From contig NC_059430.1 of assembly GCF_021028975.2 (NCBI RefSeq), positions 110,546,001 to 110,610,000 of the forward strand: DNA of 64,000 nucleotides. Direction: 5' to 3'. Shown in pieces: positions 46,530-60,405 of the stretch (the first letter of the stretch is position 1; each line of letters starts with the position of its first letter). The DNA comes from Sphaerodactylus townsendi (Eukaryota). The notes under the pieces were generated by a model, which did not search any database, was not told the origin of the DNA, and saw only the letters and a program-made list of their open reading frames with translations. The position numbers and the translations under genes were made by a program.

Positions 46530-47450
46530 TGTCAGGACCAGGTTTCGTTTCCTGTAACTCCCAGTAAGGTCGAATCCCCACTTGAAATTTGCACGCAGAT
46601 CCAAACCTGTTCGTTGTGAAACCGTGTCCTCTTCATCGGAGTTTCTCCCTCCCCACCGCAGCGAGCACACAGCAGACACACCCGGTTCCAGAACTCTTAG
46701 CAATCCCCACTACCAGGTGAGCTCGCTTCGCCGGTCTCCCCTGATTGGCTGGCATGCCTTGATGGGGCGGGACCTTTTCCCACTGCAGAAACGTACATTG
46801 TAGGGGCGTGATAAAAAAAAAACCAATGTGTAAAAGTTTAATGTTTAACTGTGCAAACAGTTAATTGTTACCTGTGTAAACCATTAGCGATTCAAAGTTA
46901 CATGTTTGACTGTTTAACGTTTGCATTCCCTTCTGCTGGATGATTGCAAAAGCGGAAATGAAACCAAGGAAAGGCTGCGTGTGTATTGCAGCGCTGATTG
47001 ATTGCCCGAATTCCCTGTCACACTCCAGGGCGGGAAACAAGTCAGGGTTTCAACCCTCATCCCTCCCCTCGGATCAGCTCTGAACCGTGTTAATGGGGTC
47101 TATGCCACTTGCAACCAGGTCCTGCCGGAACGCGGATTAACGGGGAGAACGAGCACCAGAAATGGAATCTGCCATGCAAGCGATGGGGAGGTCGTCCCTC
47201 AAACCTGGTTAGTTTGTGTTCTGAAACCTGGCTAAGACGGTAGTGGGGATTTGACCTAAGTTTCAGTTTCGTTTTCCCCAACAACCCTCGTTCCCACTAC
47301 TACCTAGGACTGCCCACTGCACACCCTACATATACTGGAACTGAGGGCAAGAATCCTGAGTTTCAGCACCCTGTAGCTAGGGCGACATACATCAATAAAG
47401 TTATTCCTGTTTCACAGAGCTGACTTCGTTTGAGTGTGTTCAGCTTTACA
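46530..47450 (+). mobile_element. Probable solo LTR
   Basis: TG...CA ends, AATAAA at 47394-47399 about 50 nt before the end; interrupts a recognisable MITE; TSD is imperfect. Confidence 0.6.
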
Positions 47451-47513
47451 CCGTGGGGGGGGGGGACACAGGGTTTGAGGAGGGAGCTCAGTGGGCTATA
47501 ATACCGTATAGTC

Positions 47514-48216
47514 TGTGGCGTTTCCCCTAGTTGCCCCGGCCCCGCAAGTGGCTGTACTGACCCACCTTCCCTGACCTGGGGGTTGGACTCCCCAGACGAT
47601 GTTACCTTAGCTTGGCCCTGAGGGCCAAGGAACAGTCTTGCCCACAGGGCGCCTTGTGTTAGGGCACACCTTGTACCCTCCTCCCGTACCCTGGCCTGGG
47701 GTCCCGGCGCTGTTTGCCAGAGCCACCGGCTTGCCTGACCCCTCTCCCTCTCGCTCTCTCTGTTGCCTCACAGAAGAGAGCCCTCTGATTGCTTCTCCCC
47801 TTCCCCGGCTTCCTTGCCCCACCCTGTTATGCTTCACAGGGGTGGGGTGGGTGAGTAGCCGGTGTGAAGCCCGGGGCTCACCAGCCTGTTTCCCCACAGC
47901 GCTGGGCAGCCACGCCTTCTAAGCTCCTTGTCTCTCTACCACTCCCTTCCCCTGCCAATGCCCTCCCCAGTCCCTGCTGCATCGGCAGCTCCAGAAGCCC
48001 ATTTCCCTTCTCCTTTTATCTACTCCTCCTCTGGGCCCAGCTGCAGCTCATCACTCTCTCTCACAGCCGGTTCAGCTGTGAGAGGCCCCTCCCTGCCAAC
48101 ACTCACTCTGCTGGCTTTTACTCTGTCTGCTGTTATCCTGCTGTCTCTCCTTTTGCCGCCCTTGCCCTGCCTGCTGTGCTGAGTCCGGGCGCTGGGGGCA
48201 GGGCCGCGCCTGGACA
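47514..48216. mobile_element. Second probable solo LTR
   Basis: TG...CA ends; host MITE reads TATAAT..TAGTC | insert | CAGCCCACCCTCCAAAGCAGCC; decayed 5-bp TSD. Confidence 0.55.
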
Positions 48217-48556
48217 CAGCCCACCCTCCAAAGCAGCCGCTTTCTCCAGGGGAACTGATCTTTGTCACCCAGGAGTTCAGTTGTAATTCCAGGAGATCTC
48301 CAGCCACCACATGGAAGTTGGCCACTGCAATAGGCAAGTGGTGGGCAATCATGCTGGCTTGCTATTTAGCTGCTCCCTGCCCTCCATGCAGTGGCTTAGA
48401 GGCCCCATCCCCAAGAGTTGCCTGGGACTCTGCAATAACCAACATGGGCAAGGGTTGCCAACCTCCTGCAATTGCAACCAGTCTCCTGATTACAGCATTC
48501 AGTTCCCCTGGAGAAAATGGTTGCTTTGGAGGTGGACTTAATAGCATTATAACACA

Positions 48557-48697
48557 GGCCTCTTCCGCACACACAGAATAATGCGTTTTCAAACCACTTT
48601 CACAACTGTTTGCAAGTGGATTTTGCTATTCCGCACAGCTTCAAAGAGCACTGAAAGCAGTTTGAAAGTGCATTATTCTTCATGTGCGGAATGAGCC
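48557..48697. mobile_element. 141-bp Harbinger-type MITE
   Basis: Near-identical to 6763-6903; TSD ACA. Confidence 0.85.
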
Positions 48698-49904
48698 ACA
48701 GTGATGTTTCTCCTCTCCCGAAACTCTGCCCTCCCCAGGGTCCAACCAGTGGTGGGATTCAAATAATTTAATAACCAGTTCTGGTGATGGGATTCAAATA
48801 ATTTAACAATTGGTTGTTTACAAGCACCATTTTAACAACTGGTTCTGCCCAAGTGGTGCAATCCTGCTGACTCTCACCACTGGATCCAACCCTCAAATCT
48901 CCAAGAAATTTCCCAGCCTGGAGCTGGCAACCCTATAAAGGCTGCCCCTGAAGGCTGCACAGTGTCTGGTGTGTGCACTATTCTGTAGGCTTATTTGCTG
49001 ACGTCAAATCTTTCCACCCCACCTTTCCCAGCAGTTTGTGACAGCTAACTGCAAAACAGAAACAACAATGCCATGGGTCTAAAAATAAACACATACACAG
49101 CTAATTTTTAAAAAAGCATCCCAATTGTATAACGAGTTCACACCCACGCCATCCCCTGCAGATTTAAAAATCCACTTCAGGAAAAACAAATGTTTATTGT
49201 TTAATTTGATTTGACCATCGGCAATTCTTTACAAGAAAGTCCTCTGAAATAACCAGGTCTTTCATGAACCCTGGAAAACCAACAGAGAGGGGGTTGATGC
49301 ACGCAGCCTCCAGCAATTTGTTCCAAAAGTGCTGGGGCAACAGTTGAGAAAGCCAGAGCCCTTCTTTCCCATCAAACCTCCCAGAAATATGGTAAAATTA
49401 AGAAGGATTGATTGGCAGATCTACAGAGGTGTATGTGAGTATACTAGAAGAGATGGTCCTTTGAATACACAGGCCTGGGCCATTTCAGGTTTGAAGAGGC
49501 CTTTGGCAGAAAGTACTTGGGGGCCATTGCCTGCTGCCACTCCCATCACACCCTTTCCAACCCACCTGCTCACCCCCTTGTGTGGCCTTCCACCAGTGTC
49601 CACCAATGCACCCTTCCCTTGTGAACTGTTCCAGCCACATGCATCATTTGGATGCCCCTTTCCCTGGTGGTGCTGGGCAGTATGGACAGCCAAGGTGGCT
49701 GGTCATCTGCATGGGTGGAGGGGGTACAGTGGCAGCGGGCCCTGCTGTAAGATCTGGGCCTCAGCAGTTGACTCACCTTGAGATATGCTGTTGCTGGCCC
49801 TGAATAGACCCCAGGTCACAGAGAGCTTTCAATATTTAAAGATGTTGTCTCCTGCTCTGGAAGGCAAGAATAGCTCTAGTGGGTTTTAAGTTAAAAGAAG
49901 GTGA

Positions 49905-50053
49905 NNNNNNNNNNNNNNNNNNNNNNNNNNNNNNNNNNNNNNNNNNNNNNNNNNNNNNNNNNNNNNNNNNNNNNNNNNNNNNNNNNNNNNNNNNNNNNNN
50001 NNNNNNNNNNNNNNNNNNNNNNNNNNNNNNNNNNNNNNNNNNNNNNNNNNNNN
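49905..50053. other. Assembly gap (149 N) at the expected (GAA)n tail of an antisense SINE (50054-50303)
   Basis: Read directly. Confidence 0.99.
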
Positions 50054-51546
50054 CCCTTTCTCTCCTGTAAGGAGACTCAGAGGGGCTTACAATCTCCTCC
50101 CCCCCCAACAAACACCCTGTGAGGTGGGTGGGGCTGAGAGAGCTCCAAAGAACTGTGACTAGCCCAAGGTGACCCAGCTGGCATGTGTTGGAGTGCACAA
50201 GCTAATCTGGTTCACCAGATAAGCCTCCACAGCTCAAGTGGCAGAGCAGGGAATCAACCCCGGTTCTCCAGATTATTACTGCTGCTCTTAACCACTACAC
50301 CATACTGACTATCTTAGTGAGTGCTAATGGTGAGTGCAATTTGACACTGGAACCAATATCCTAGAAAGGTATTTAGAGGTCTTCAAGCAGAAGCTGGACA
50401 GTGTATGTGATGTCAGATGCTTCAATGGAGCGAGTGATCTGGGTTTTATCTGTTTACAGGTGTTAACTGTCTTGAAACACATATCAACCCAGAAATGGGT
50501 CAGAAAACAACGTGTTTTGGTAGGGTAAAGGTGTCCAAGTATGTGTTTAGAGAGGTGCATGCTGGCTGTCCAAAGGTTAAATAACAATGTGAAGTGTAAT
50601 TCCGAATCCTGTTGGTCTGTTCAGCTTCCAACAGGAACACAGTTGCGTTCTGTGGCGGAAACTGCCAAAGGCCTGGCCTGTTTGCTGTGATACCGATCAG
50701 CTGCTGCCTTTGCCAAGATCTAATGCACCGGTCTTTCTGCTTGCTAGAGATAAATCCCCTGCTGGTTCTGTGTCTGCACATTTCTCCTGACCCCAGTGTC
50801 TGCACATTTCTCCTGACCACAGTGATCTTGTGCTGCCTGGAAAATCCGCTGAATGTCTTCTTTTTGCTGAATATCTTCTTAAAGTTTAGGAAGTTGCACA
50901 GTATGGGAATGTGAAGAGGGTCAAAGTACTTCATTCAAGACTTCCCAAACTAGATAAGGAGGAACCCAGATCAGGAATCTCACATGTGGTCCCTTTTCCA
51001 AATGAAAAAGATCCACTTGGTCCAGCATTCTTCTCTGGGTTTCATGCCTCTACTTGGCAAGGTGGGGGGTAGAGTTCTCCTGGAATTACACCTGGCCTCC
51101 AGGCTACAAAGATTAGCTCTGGAGGGCAGGTCCTATGGCATCACATCCTTGCTGAGTGCCCTCAGCTAGTCTGCTTTCCAGCCTATGCCTCCCTAGGGAC
51201 CATGGCTCCAGCCAATTCCTAAATAGCTCTAGGTGGGACTGTGGGATTCCAGACTACAGAGTTCAGTTTCTCTGTTCTCACCAGTCTCAATCCCCAGATC
51301 TCTAGGAGTTCCCCAGTCTGGATCTGCCAACCCTATCTGGCAACCCAGTCTGGATCTGGCAACTCCAAATCTCTAGGAGTTCCCCAATCTGGATCTGGCA
51401 ACTGGATCTGGCAACCCCATCCCCTGCCAGTGGCAACAGGGGATCTGGCAAGCCCTATGAACCAGCCAATAAGGTTGCTAGGTACTGCCTGACAACCAGC
51501 AGGAGGGTTGAGGAAGGAAACAGCAGTGTAGAAGAATTTTTTAAAA

Positions 51547-51690
51547 ACCTGCAGCCTTATGTACTTACCAGAAGTTCTTATTGGAAGTGACAAAGAGTAG
51601 CTTTAGGAATCCATAGAGCTTCCAGCAATTCCTAGGGATGCCCTTTGTCACTGCTAGTAAGAACTTCTGGTAAGTACATGAGGCTGCAGA
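51547..51690. repeat. Imperfect ~60-bp-arm hairpin inside a DNA-transposon MITE
   Basis: CTGCAGCCTTATGTACTTACCAGAAGTTCTTA... pairs with ...TAAGAACTTCTGGTAAGTACATGAGGCTGCAG. Confidence 0.8.
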
Positions 51691-52074
51691 TTAATTTTTT
51701 TTCAATGCAGCAGGACCAGGGGGTGGAGAATTGGCAGCCCCAACAGCCCAAGACGGACTCTGAGGAAGATATGCCTCTTCCAGATCCTTAGACAGTCTTG
51801 GGTGTAATGCAGCACGGGAGCATCTGCCTAGCCTTGCCAAGCCCTCAAGTCATGTTCAATGGGGAACATTTGGAGGAGTGAGAGAAAATGAACCTTAGTG
51901 CCAGCAGCCCAGCCCCCTAAGCACTCAACCCAGCCTGACTCTTCAGAGATGCTCTGGACCTGTGCCCCATCCTCACCCAGTGGAATCTTTATTTCACTGC
52001 CCTCTTACCTGCTTTGCACTCATTATAATTTCTCAGTGAAACTGCTTACCTACCCTTTCTTACAAGAAGCAGGC

Positions 52075-52552
52075 GTGCGTCTGGACACACATTAGGGCAT
52101 CCGGCCATGCAAGGGGGCCGTCCGAATACGCACAAGGACCGTCTGGATATGCAGGGGGGCCGTCTGGACACACAGGAGGGCCATCCAGACACGCAGGTGG
52201 GTGTTTGGACACGCAGGGGGCATCCGGACACGCAGGGGGATTGTCCGGACATGCAGGGAGCCGTCTGGAAATGTAGGGGGATGCCCCCATGCATGTCTGG
52301 ACACACAGGGGGGGCGTTCGGACACTCAGGGAAGCGTCCGGACACCCAACGGGGGCATCCAGACACCCAACGGGGGCTGTCCGGACATGCAGGGGGGCAT
52401 CCGTACACGCAGGGGGGGCGTCCGGAAACACAATGGGGGTGTCTGGACACTGAGGTAGGCATCCGGACACCCAGGGGGGCTGTCCGAACACACACAGGGG
52501 CCATCCAAACATGCAGGGGGCCGTCCAGACACGCAGGGGGTTCGTCCAAACG
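52075..52552. repeat. GC-rich minisatellite, roughly 23 units of 20-21 nt (consensus ~GGCCGTCCGGACACGCAGGGG)
   Basis: Repeating GTCCGGACAC core read directly. Confidence 0.9.
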
Positions 52553-54112
52553 CTCTAGTGCCTCATGACACTCTAGTGCCTCATGTCTTCACAACAATCT
52601 TATAAGGTAGGTTAGGCTAAGAAAAAGAAAGAGAGAGATTGACTCAAGGTCCTGCTATGAGTTTCATGACCAAGTGGGGAATTCAACCTGGTTCTTACAG
52701 GCCTTAGGCACTCTAATACATAGGATAGGTTGGGAAATCTGGAGATTTTGGGGGTGGAGCCTGTGGGGGGCAGTGTTTGGGGAGAGGAGGGATCTTAGCA
52801 TGGTAAACTGTCATAGAGTTCACCATCCAAAGCTGCCATTTCCCCACCCCCCTCAGAGAAACTATCTTGATCATCTTGGGCAATTATTGGAATTGATTAT
52901 AGTGTGAGATTGTCAGGTGAGGTTCGCCATGCAATGCTGTTTGGTCAACGGTATCATCATTGGGGTGACCATATTACTCTTGTTGCTTGCTTGACTGGTG
53001 CCCATAAATCTGGGGTTGCCTTAACGCACTTTAAAATCCCAGCTAACTGGAGGATTAGGTGCCTTTATAAATGGATTAGCTGCATTTATGAATACAAATT
53101 GGTGTGAAAATGCAGACAAAAGAATCCCCATTTCTCATTTCTTCTCCTGGCTCTGTGGCTGACTGGTGTCCCACTGCTCATGAAAGGACCAGCGTCTTCC
53201 ATTCCTTTGCATTTGCAACTAATTCCTAAATACTTCTACCTTCATTTTAAACACCTGGAGGGGAGGAACAGACTTTGCAAAGGAAGCTCAGCACCTGGCC
53301 TCTCCCGTTGTGACATTTATGGTCCAATTGCCATGCTGAGCACTTCTGGCCACTACACTTTGCTTCCTAAATTGCAGCAGAGAAAGTTTAAGGGGGAAAA
53401 AAATGTGTTCCACCCCTCTGTGCACAATTCACTTCTTTCAAAGATGTGGATCTTCCTCACCAGCCTCCGAAGGGTGCTGTGCTCCTTAATGACTTGGCAA
53501 AGTCATTCCAGTTTCTCTTGTAATGACTTGAAGATGTATGCAAAGACCTTAGATACAGCTAATACTGAGACTTTCAAGCACATCCTTGCAGGAATCTAGA
53601 CACATGTTGGGAAAAGAGTGGAGGAAAATAAAAAAGGCCTTTAGTTAAAAGGAGGCAGATACCCCAAACACATGTCTATGCATTTATTCCCCCACTCATT
53701 GTGGCTAGACAAAAAGCTGGCTTTCTAGTACATGGCATTTTTTCCTTCACAAAGAGCTTTTCTTTTGATGATGTGCACAGAAGGTGCATTATGAATTGCT
53801 CCGAGATATCCTTTTAGATTTAGAAGGTGCCCAGGAAGCTGGCAAATCCTTTCTTTTAAAGGGGTCTTAGCAGGAAGGTACTTTTCTCAGACTGGGTTGA
53901 AGACAGGGCTGGATCTGGGGTGGGGAGGGCAAGGGGGGGCAAGTCCCCTGGGTGGTGAGCAGGGAGAAGTGGTGACAGGAGGTGGGGGAGCCTCAGTTGC
54001 CTGTAAGAGAAGGTTTATTCTTCACTGTGCATCTATTCCCCCAGTTAGGCTGCTGCTAGGAGATGGGGGATGCTCAATTGCCCAGTAGAGATGGCTTGTT
54101 TTGCAGCATCGT

Positions 54113-54412
54113 AAGAAGAAGAAGAAGAGTTTGGATTTATATCCCCCCTTTCTCTCCTGCAGGAGACTCAAAGGGGCTTACAATCTCCCTGCCCTTCCCC
54201 CCTCACAACAAACACCCTGTGAGGTAGGTGGGGCTGAGAGAGCTCCGAGAAGCTGTGACTAGCCCATGGTCACCCAGCTGGCGTGTGTGGGAGTGTACAG
54301 GCTAATCTGAATTCCCCAGATAAGCCTCCACAGCTCAGGCGGCAGAGCTGGGAATCAAACCTGGTTCCTCCAGATTAGATACACGAGCTCTTAACCTCCT
54401 ACGCCACTGCTG
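54113..54412 (-). mobile_element. Young full-length Squam3-like SINE
   Basis: Intact A-box head, CpGs retained, (GAA)n tail. Confidence 0.9.
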
Positions 54413-54950
54413 CTTATCTGCTGATTAACCTACTGCTAGGAGGTAGGGGATACACCTAGACAACTTTTTTCCAGTAATTTTTGGGTTTGATTTAAAAGAC
54501 GTGAACATTTTGAGGAAAGCAGAGAAAAGCTGATTCGGCTCTTCTGAAATTTTGGGGTTTTTAAAGCCGAAGCTCTAAAAATACAAGCCTGCACAGTTGA
54601 ATGCAGGGATTGGCTGAGCTGACCTCTGCATCTAGCTGTGTAAGGGTCCCTCCCTGCCTGTGAAGTTGGAACTGGTTTTGCAAGTGGCAAGGGAGGGTTG
54701 CCTGAAGAGATCAGGGTTCCTGATATTTGCAGACAGCCCTGCTGTCCCCCTCTCTGCTTGTGAATCTGGAAACAGCTTCGGAGGCAGGGAAGGAGGGATT
54801 CTCCCAATTCCACAGGCAGCCGGGAAAACCAAATTAGCTGAAATATAATTGCCTTTTTTGAAGCCAGGGTATTCAGATGTTTTTGGGGTTTTTTTTGTTA
54901 TTTGGATTTACCAAATAATCAGCCCAAGTGGGGAAGCTCAATTGCATGGG

Positions 54951-55290
54951 AGAATCATAGAATCATAGAGTTGGAAGAGACCCCAGGAGCCATCAAGTCC
55001 AACCCCCTGCCATGCAGGAACACACAATCAAAGCACTCCTGACAGATGGCCATCAAGCCTCTCTTTAAAAACCTCTAAAGAAGGAGACTCCTCCACACTC
55101 CGAGGTGGTGCATTCCACTGCCGAACAGTCCTTATTGTCAGGAAGTTTTTCCTGATGTTTATATGGAATCTCTTTTCCTTCACCTTGACCCCATTACTCC
55201 CGGTCCTAGTCTCTGGAGCCACAGAAAACAAACTTGCTCCCTCACCAACATGACATCCCATCCAATATCTAAACATGGCTCTCATGTCAC
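54951..55290 (-). mobile_element. CR1 LINE 3' end
   Basis: ORF2 C-terminus [47 protein letters not shown] and (ATTCTATG)n tail. Confidence 0.92.
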
Positions 55291-56689
55291 CACCAGCCAC
55301 ATACGCTATGCTATGAAGCCAGTTCCCTTGATTAGGCTGGTGCTAGGAGGTGGGGTGGGGAGAGGGAGACCCTGAACCACAGAGGGGAGTCACAGCCCTT
55401 GGTAAGGCAGAAGCTGTGGTTGTTAGTCGGGCAAGAGGAGGGGGAACTAAAGTTCCTGAGGAGATATTCAATTATGTTGAGTTCTGTGCAGCGGGAGGCA
55501 CAGACCCTTAGGTAGTCTTCCAAGGCCTCATTCATCTCCCTCCTTTTCCTGGCCAAAGCTCTTCTACTTGCAGGACCTTCCAATTCCTTGTCTTCCTGGC
55601 CCCACTTTAAATGATCACATGCTGACAGCGGCCATGGTAGGCTCTGGACACGCAAGACTTCTGGGGAAGGGGCAAAGAGTGCTTTCTAAACACTCGCAAG
55701 GGGAGATGAGTTTTTAGGGGATGGTGACTGTTAAATGTTTAGAATGCCTGATTCACCCTTCTTTCCTGCCCCCCTGCCTTGTGCTCTGCTGAGGTGTGGC
55801 GAGCCTGGAGTTGAATGGGCAAAGGAGAAGAGGATGGACTCTTGTCTCCCACCCTCCGCCGCACACACACACACACACACGTAGTTATGGATGGAGAAAG
55901 GCACATTTGGCTACTTCCTAGAGCACCTCAAATGCATTAGTTGGTGAACCTAAACCTCCTGCCACTCAGGAATCTCTCTTATCAGATTATGGCCTACGCT
56001 TCTGACTGTATGTCCTTGCCTACCATTCCTTAATTAAGTGGAGATAATAATTAAAATATTCTCCAAAGACGACATTGAGTGATGTACTTAATATTCATAC
56101 AATTCTTTGATCTAGACAGCCTTCTTGCTCATTTATCAGTGCGCTCATTGTGCAAGGTGTATGGGGGATAATAATAAATATCGAGTGGATTAAATCTGTA
56201 TTCAGATCATATTACATAAAGTCCTTTACAAGAAAAATCGATAGCTACTTATTGCCTCCTGACAGTTCTGATTAATCTTCCCCCCATGGTGCTGTCCATG
56301 CTACAGAAATACCTGTGGTGGGGACCTCATCTCATGGTGTAGCGTAACCTGCCAAAGAAGGGTCAGCCGTAATACTGGGTATAGTGTTACACACTGCATT
56401 CTTTCAGCATGATCCAAACTTTATTGATTTGCAAATAATTCTCACTTTCAGCAGGATTTACTCAGTGCAAAGCTGATACAAACCACGGAACATGCCTAAT
56501 GGAATATGATATGAATCACGGTACATAATCACAAAATGGGATGGCACTCAGTACTAATTGAACTATACATGGTTTGAACTATTGGAATATTAGTTTAGCA
56601 GAGTGTGTGCTACTAAGTTACATATGGAGCTCTTAATTTTTGCAAAACTGTGAGTCCATCGTAATTCTATTCTAGACAGGATGGAATAG

Positions 56690-56995
56690 AGGTAAAAATG
56701 TAAAGGTTGACTCTGTGTAAACAAGAGGTCATTACTGATCTATGGGGTGACGTTACATCACAACATTTACTAGGCAGACTATGTTTACAGGATGGTTTGC
56801 CATTGCCTTCCCCAGTCATCTACACTTTACCTCCAGCAAGCTGGATACTTGTTTTACTGACTTTGGAAGAAATGAAGGCTGAGTGAACCTTGAGAGAACT
56901 GCCTGAACTGGATTTCCAATGGGATCGAACTCAGATCGTGAGCATAGCTTTGACTATAGTACTGCACCTTGCCATTCTGCCCCATGGGGCTCCTA
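56690..56995 (+). mobile_element. Sauria SINE (Squam1); a second partial copy at ~4520-4660
   Basis: AAAGGT-like start, GGTTTGCCATTGCCTTCCCC, GAAGGCTGAGTGAACCTTGAG. Confidence 0.8.
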
Positions 56996-58394
56996 TAGAC
57001 ACAGGATTCTAATCTAACTAGCTAGGATGGATAGAGATGCATGTTCTGCTCTCATGCATGTTTTACTCTCATGGTGCCAAAGTAGAGAAAGAAAAAAGAA
57101 GAGTGTGTGGAGAGAAGAAAGTGTCAGCCAGAAGAAAGGAAGATTCCCTGAGAGTAGCAATCTGCATATCAAAGGAATAGCATCAAAGCAGTACAAAGGA
57201 AGGATCTTCAGAGTCCTGACCTATCGATGCCTCTCTATAGTTGCTCTCTGAAATCTGAGGCTCAGAGGCAGCGCAAAGTCCTTCACTTCCAACATGAACC
57301 ACAATGCAAACCCAATACAAAACAAGATACACACATGATACAAAAATATGATCCATGATAGGAACTTCAAATTCATTACACGAACAGTGATACACACTTG
57401 GTATGACCACGACACATACTGAAAATACAACATACATGATGGTCTTCTGGTTGCCACCTTCCAAGTGTTCCTAGTTAGGCGAAAACATTAAGCTAGATGA
57501 GACCAATAGTATAGCTTGGTGTGATGCAATATCATATTTTCAGTCTGCTTGATCTTTGAGACCTTGATCAGAAGTATTCAGATTTTTGGAAGACGGTGAT
57601 CTAAGTAGGGCTGGAAAGAAAGGCAGGAGGCAGGCAGAGATAGAGCATGTCCATGTTCTGTACATAACAGATCCCTCAAAAAAAATGTCAGATCTATTGG
57701 GGTTTGTGACCCCAGTAGGGTCTCCATGGCCCAACAAAGGTTGAAGACTACGGGGGGTATTATTGGTCTGATCTAGCCGGTGCCCTTTTATATTCTAGCC
57801 TGTCTCAACATGTGCTTGTATAGAAAAAGTTCATTTCTCAGCCAGCTCCATAAAGCATTGACTAACAGCCCAGAGTTTTTTTTAAAAAAAATGCAATGAA
57901 GTATACTTGGCTTCACTTGAAACCCAGGCTTTTTAACACAATTAAAACACGATTGTTTTATTACTGCAATTCGATTAAAACATGGATTCAAAACTAATAA
58001 TTTAACAGCAAGCTGCTTAAATTGTTAATTCCCCAGCCATGCCAGGTCTCTGGACAAGGATAATTCCTTCTGGTGTCATTACTAAAATATGTTGGGTAAG
58101 CCCTATGTGATAAATTAACGGCCATTATTCAGTTAGTGTTGGGAAGTCCAGACACCTTCCATTAAGGAAGTAGCTACTGTTACAGGGAAATTGTACTTCA
58201 CACACATTATTCCCAGCATTACAAATACAATACTTTGTCATTGAGAAAATAATACAATCCAATCTCCTGTGAGTGTAGCTGTTTCAATAGCTAGTGCATT
58301 TTCAACTGTGGTACCAACATGTCAGAGGGTGGAGCACCTATTATCTAGTGTCTGCTGCATTTCTGCTGGCTTTGGCACTGCTTTTATACCTCCA

Positions 58395-59209
58395 CTAGCA
58401 GTAAAGTCCATGTTATGGTCAAATAAAATGGACTCTAGACATGGGGGGAGGGGTTGCTCCAGCTCCCAACTTGGCCCTGGCCAATCAGGGCCCCTGAATT
58501 GCTTCCTGGCCCTTCCCTCAGGGCCTGGGGTGGTTCTCTGGGCTATTCCTCTGGGCTGTAGCCTGCCTCCCACTCAACCTCCTCTGTGCCTTGCCCCTCG
58601 CTGAGTTCTTCCCCTGCCTCCCTCCTTCCGGCGCTTGCTGGTGATGCTCCCTGTCCTGCCTTAGTGAGTCTCTGCAGGTGGGGCTTCGGGGTGTCTGTGT
58701 TGGTATGTGTGGGGAGGCTTGCGGGGGCTGATAGTCTCAGGCCATCGTAGGTGTGGCACAGTCAGGCAGTGTTCATGATGCGGATATCCAGTGGGAGCAG
58801 CAGTCATTGGGCCAGGTGGCTGTGCAGTGCACAGTTGGGCACAGATGATGGAGATGCACTTGGGGAGGAGGATGGGCAGGTGTCTGGCCTGGCTTTGTAT
58901 TTGGGGCGAAGGCAGACCAGATGGGGGAATGGGGAGGTTGGTGCTGGGGCTCATGGGGCTACAGGTGGCAAGCCACTGCTAACTCACTGGGCCTGGCTTG
59001 ATGTTTGAGGTGGGGAGAGACCAGGCAAGGAAATGAGGAGGCTGGTGCCAGGACTGGCAGGGCTGCCGGCAGCCATTGCCTTGCTTGGCCCAGCTTGGTG
59101 TCTGGGGTTGGGGAAGGGTGGCAGGGGACTGGAACTGAGTCCTGCGTGGCGATTGGCTAGAAGTGTGTCGTCACAATATTCCAAGCCTTAGGCAATTATA
59201 TTGAGTTCA
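58395..59209 (-). mobile_element. Non-autonomous Helitron (older relative of 33717-34471)
   Basis: Minus strand ends CTAGAGTCCAT...ATGGACTTTACTGCTAG|T; 5' end region carries ATATAATTG. Confidence 0.7.
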
Positions 59210-60405
59210 TGCAAACACTAATGTTCCATAAATTCCACTACCATATTACGTAAGATCAATCCCTTTGCAAAAAAAAAAAAAAAAAGGTGGTAGGAAGGAA
59301 TTGTGAGTCCCAGGACTTCTGTTTGATGGGAATTGCTTGTGCTGTCTCTTTATGTGACATTCCTGCATGTATTAAATGTTATCAAGCCACAGTCAACCAC
59401 AGGGTTTTCAAGGCAAGAGATAAGCAGAAGTGGATTGCCATCTGCTGTCTCTGCATAGCAACCCTGGACTTTGGTAGCCATTTATGCATGCATTACTTAC
59501 CTGTGGCTATTTACTTTGCAGTAGTTTTCATGCATGGGGTGAGCAATTGTGAGGTTATAGTACGCAAACGCAAGTCATGTGGTCCTTCACTAGAGAGTTT
59601 GCTGCTGGTGGAAGAGTGGGATCAACTAGTGGGATCTCTGAAGACTTTTCTACAATTGTACCCTGAGTATTAGTCCTCCTTCCACTTCCCCGTCCCTCAT
59701 TCATTAATTTAGCTTGACATCTCAACTTCTGCTGTGGCAGACATCATCAACTGGAGCCATAGTTTCTGAGTTGTTGGGGTTGTTATTGCTGACCTGTAAG
59801 TAGGGGATTCAGGAGAAGGTGTGGGAGCTGTTGCAAATTTCTTAGTGCAGAGATATTTTCCCTGCACTTGCTCCACTCCAGCAAGTATGCTCTGCACAGT
59901 GCTACAACAGAAGTTTGCTGTTTTCCTCTCTTTCTTGCAGTCATGAAACTGTCTTTCCGCCCATTTGTTTGCAGACACAGCAGAATAGCTGAGGAGATTT
60001 TACTGTTTACCATTCTGGCTCTTCCTTTGGTGCAGGCGTACGGTTTGCTGTATGAAGTGGTTTCTTTTCTTAGCTCTGGAGGCTGTTTCCCACCTTTTCC
60101 CCTTTGTTTCCCTTCACCACTGCTTTGCTTTCTCAAGTCGCTGAAAAGTTTCTTTTTGCAGCATTGGAAGCTATTTCCTTGCCTTTTTTCCTGGCTGGCA
60201 CAACACAGTGGCTACTACTCCCCCTGCCTGTTGTGAGACAAAGGAAGGAAGAATTATGTTGTGTTTGACAGGGATATACTTTTTCCCTGCAGTTATTTAT
60301 TTTGCTTGCTTGCTCCTTTTAGCTGGCTCTTTGGAGAGTTAAAAAAAGGGTAGTTTCAGTGAGTCTTATCCCCTCAAGGCGATTGAATCTTAGAGTCTCC
60401 TAGAC

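Noticed and set aside
52046-52568. Several overlapping 150-167 aa ORFs, or a CRISPR-like array
   Set aside because: By-products of a stop-poor minisatellite. Units vary between 20 and 21 nt, so no frame is conserved, and there are no unique spacers or cas genes in this vertebrate DNA.
54340-54412. tRNA gene
   Set aside because: tRNA-derived SINE head with A/B boxes but no complete cloverleaf.
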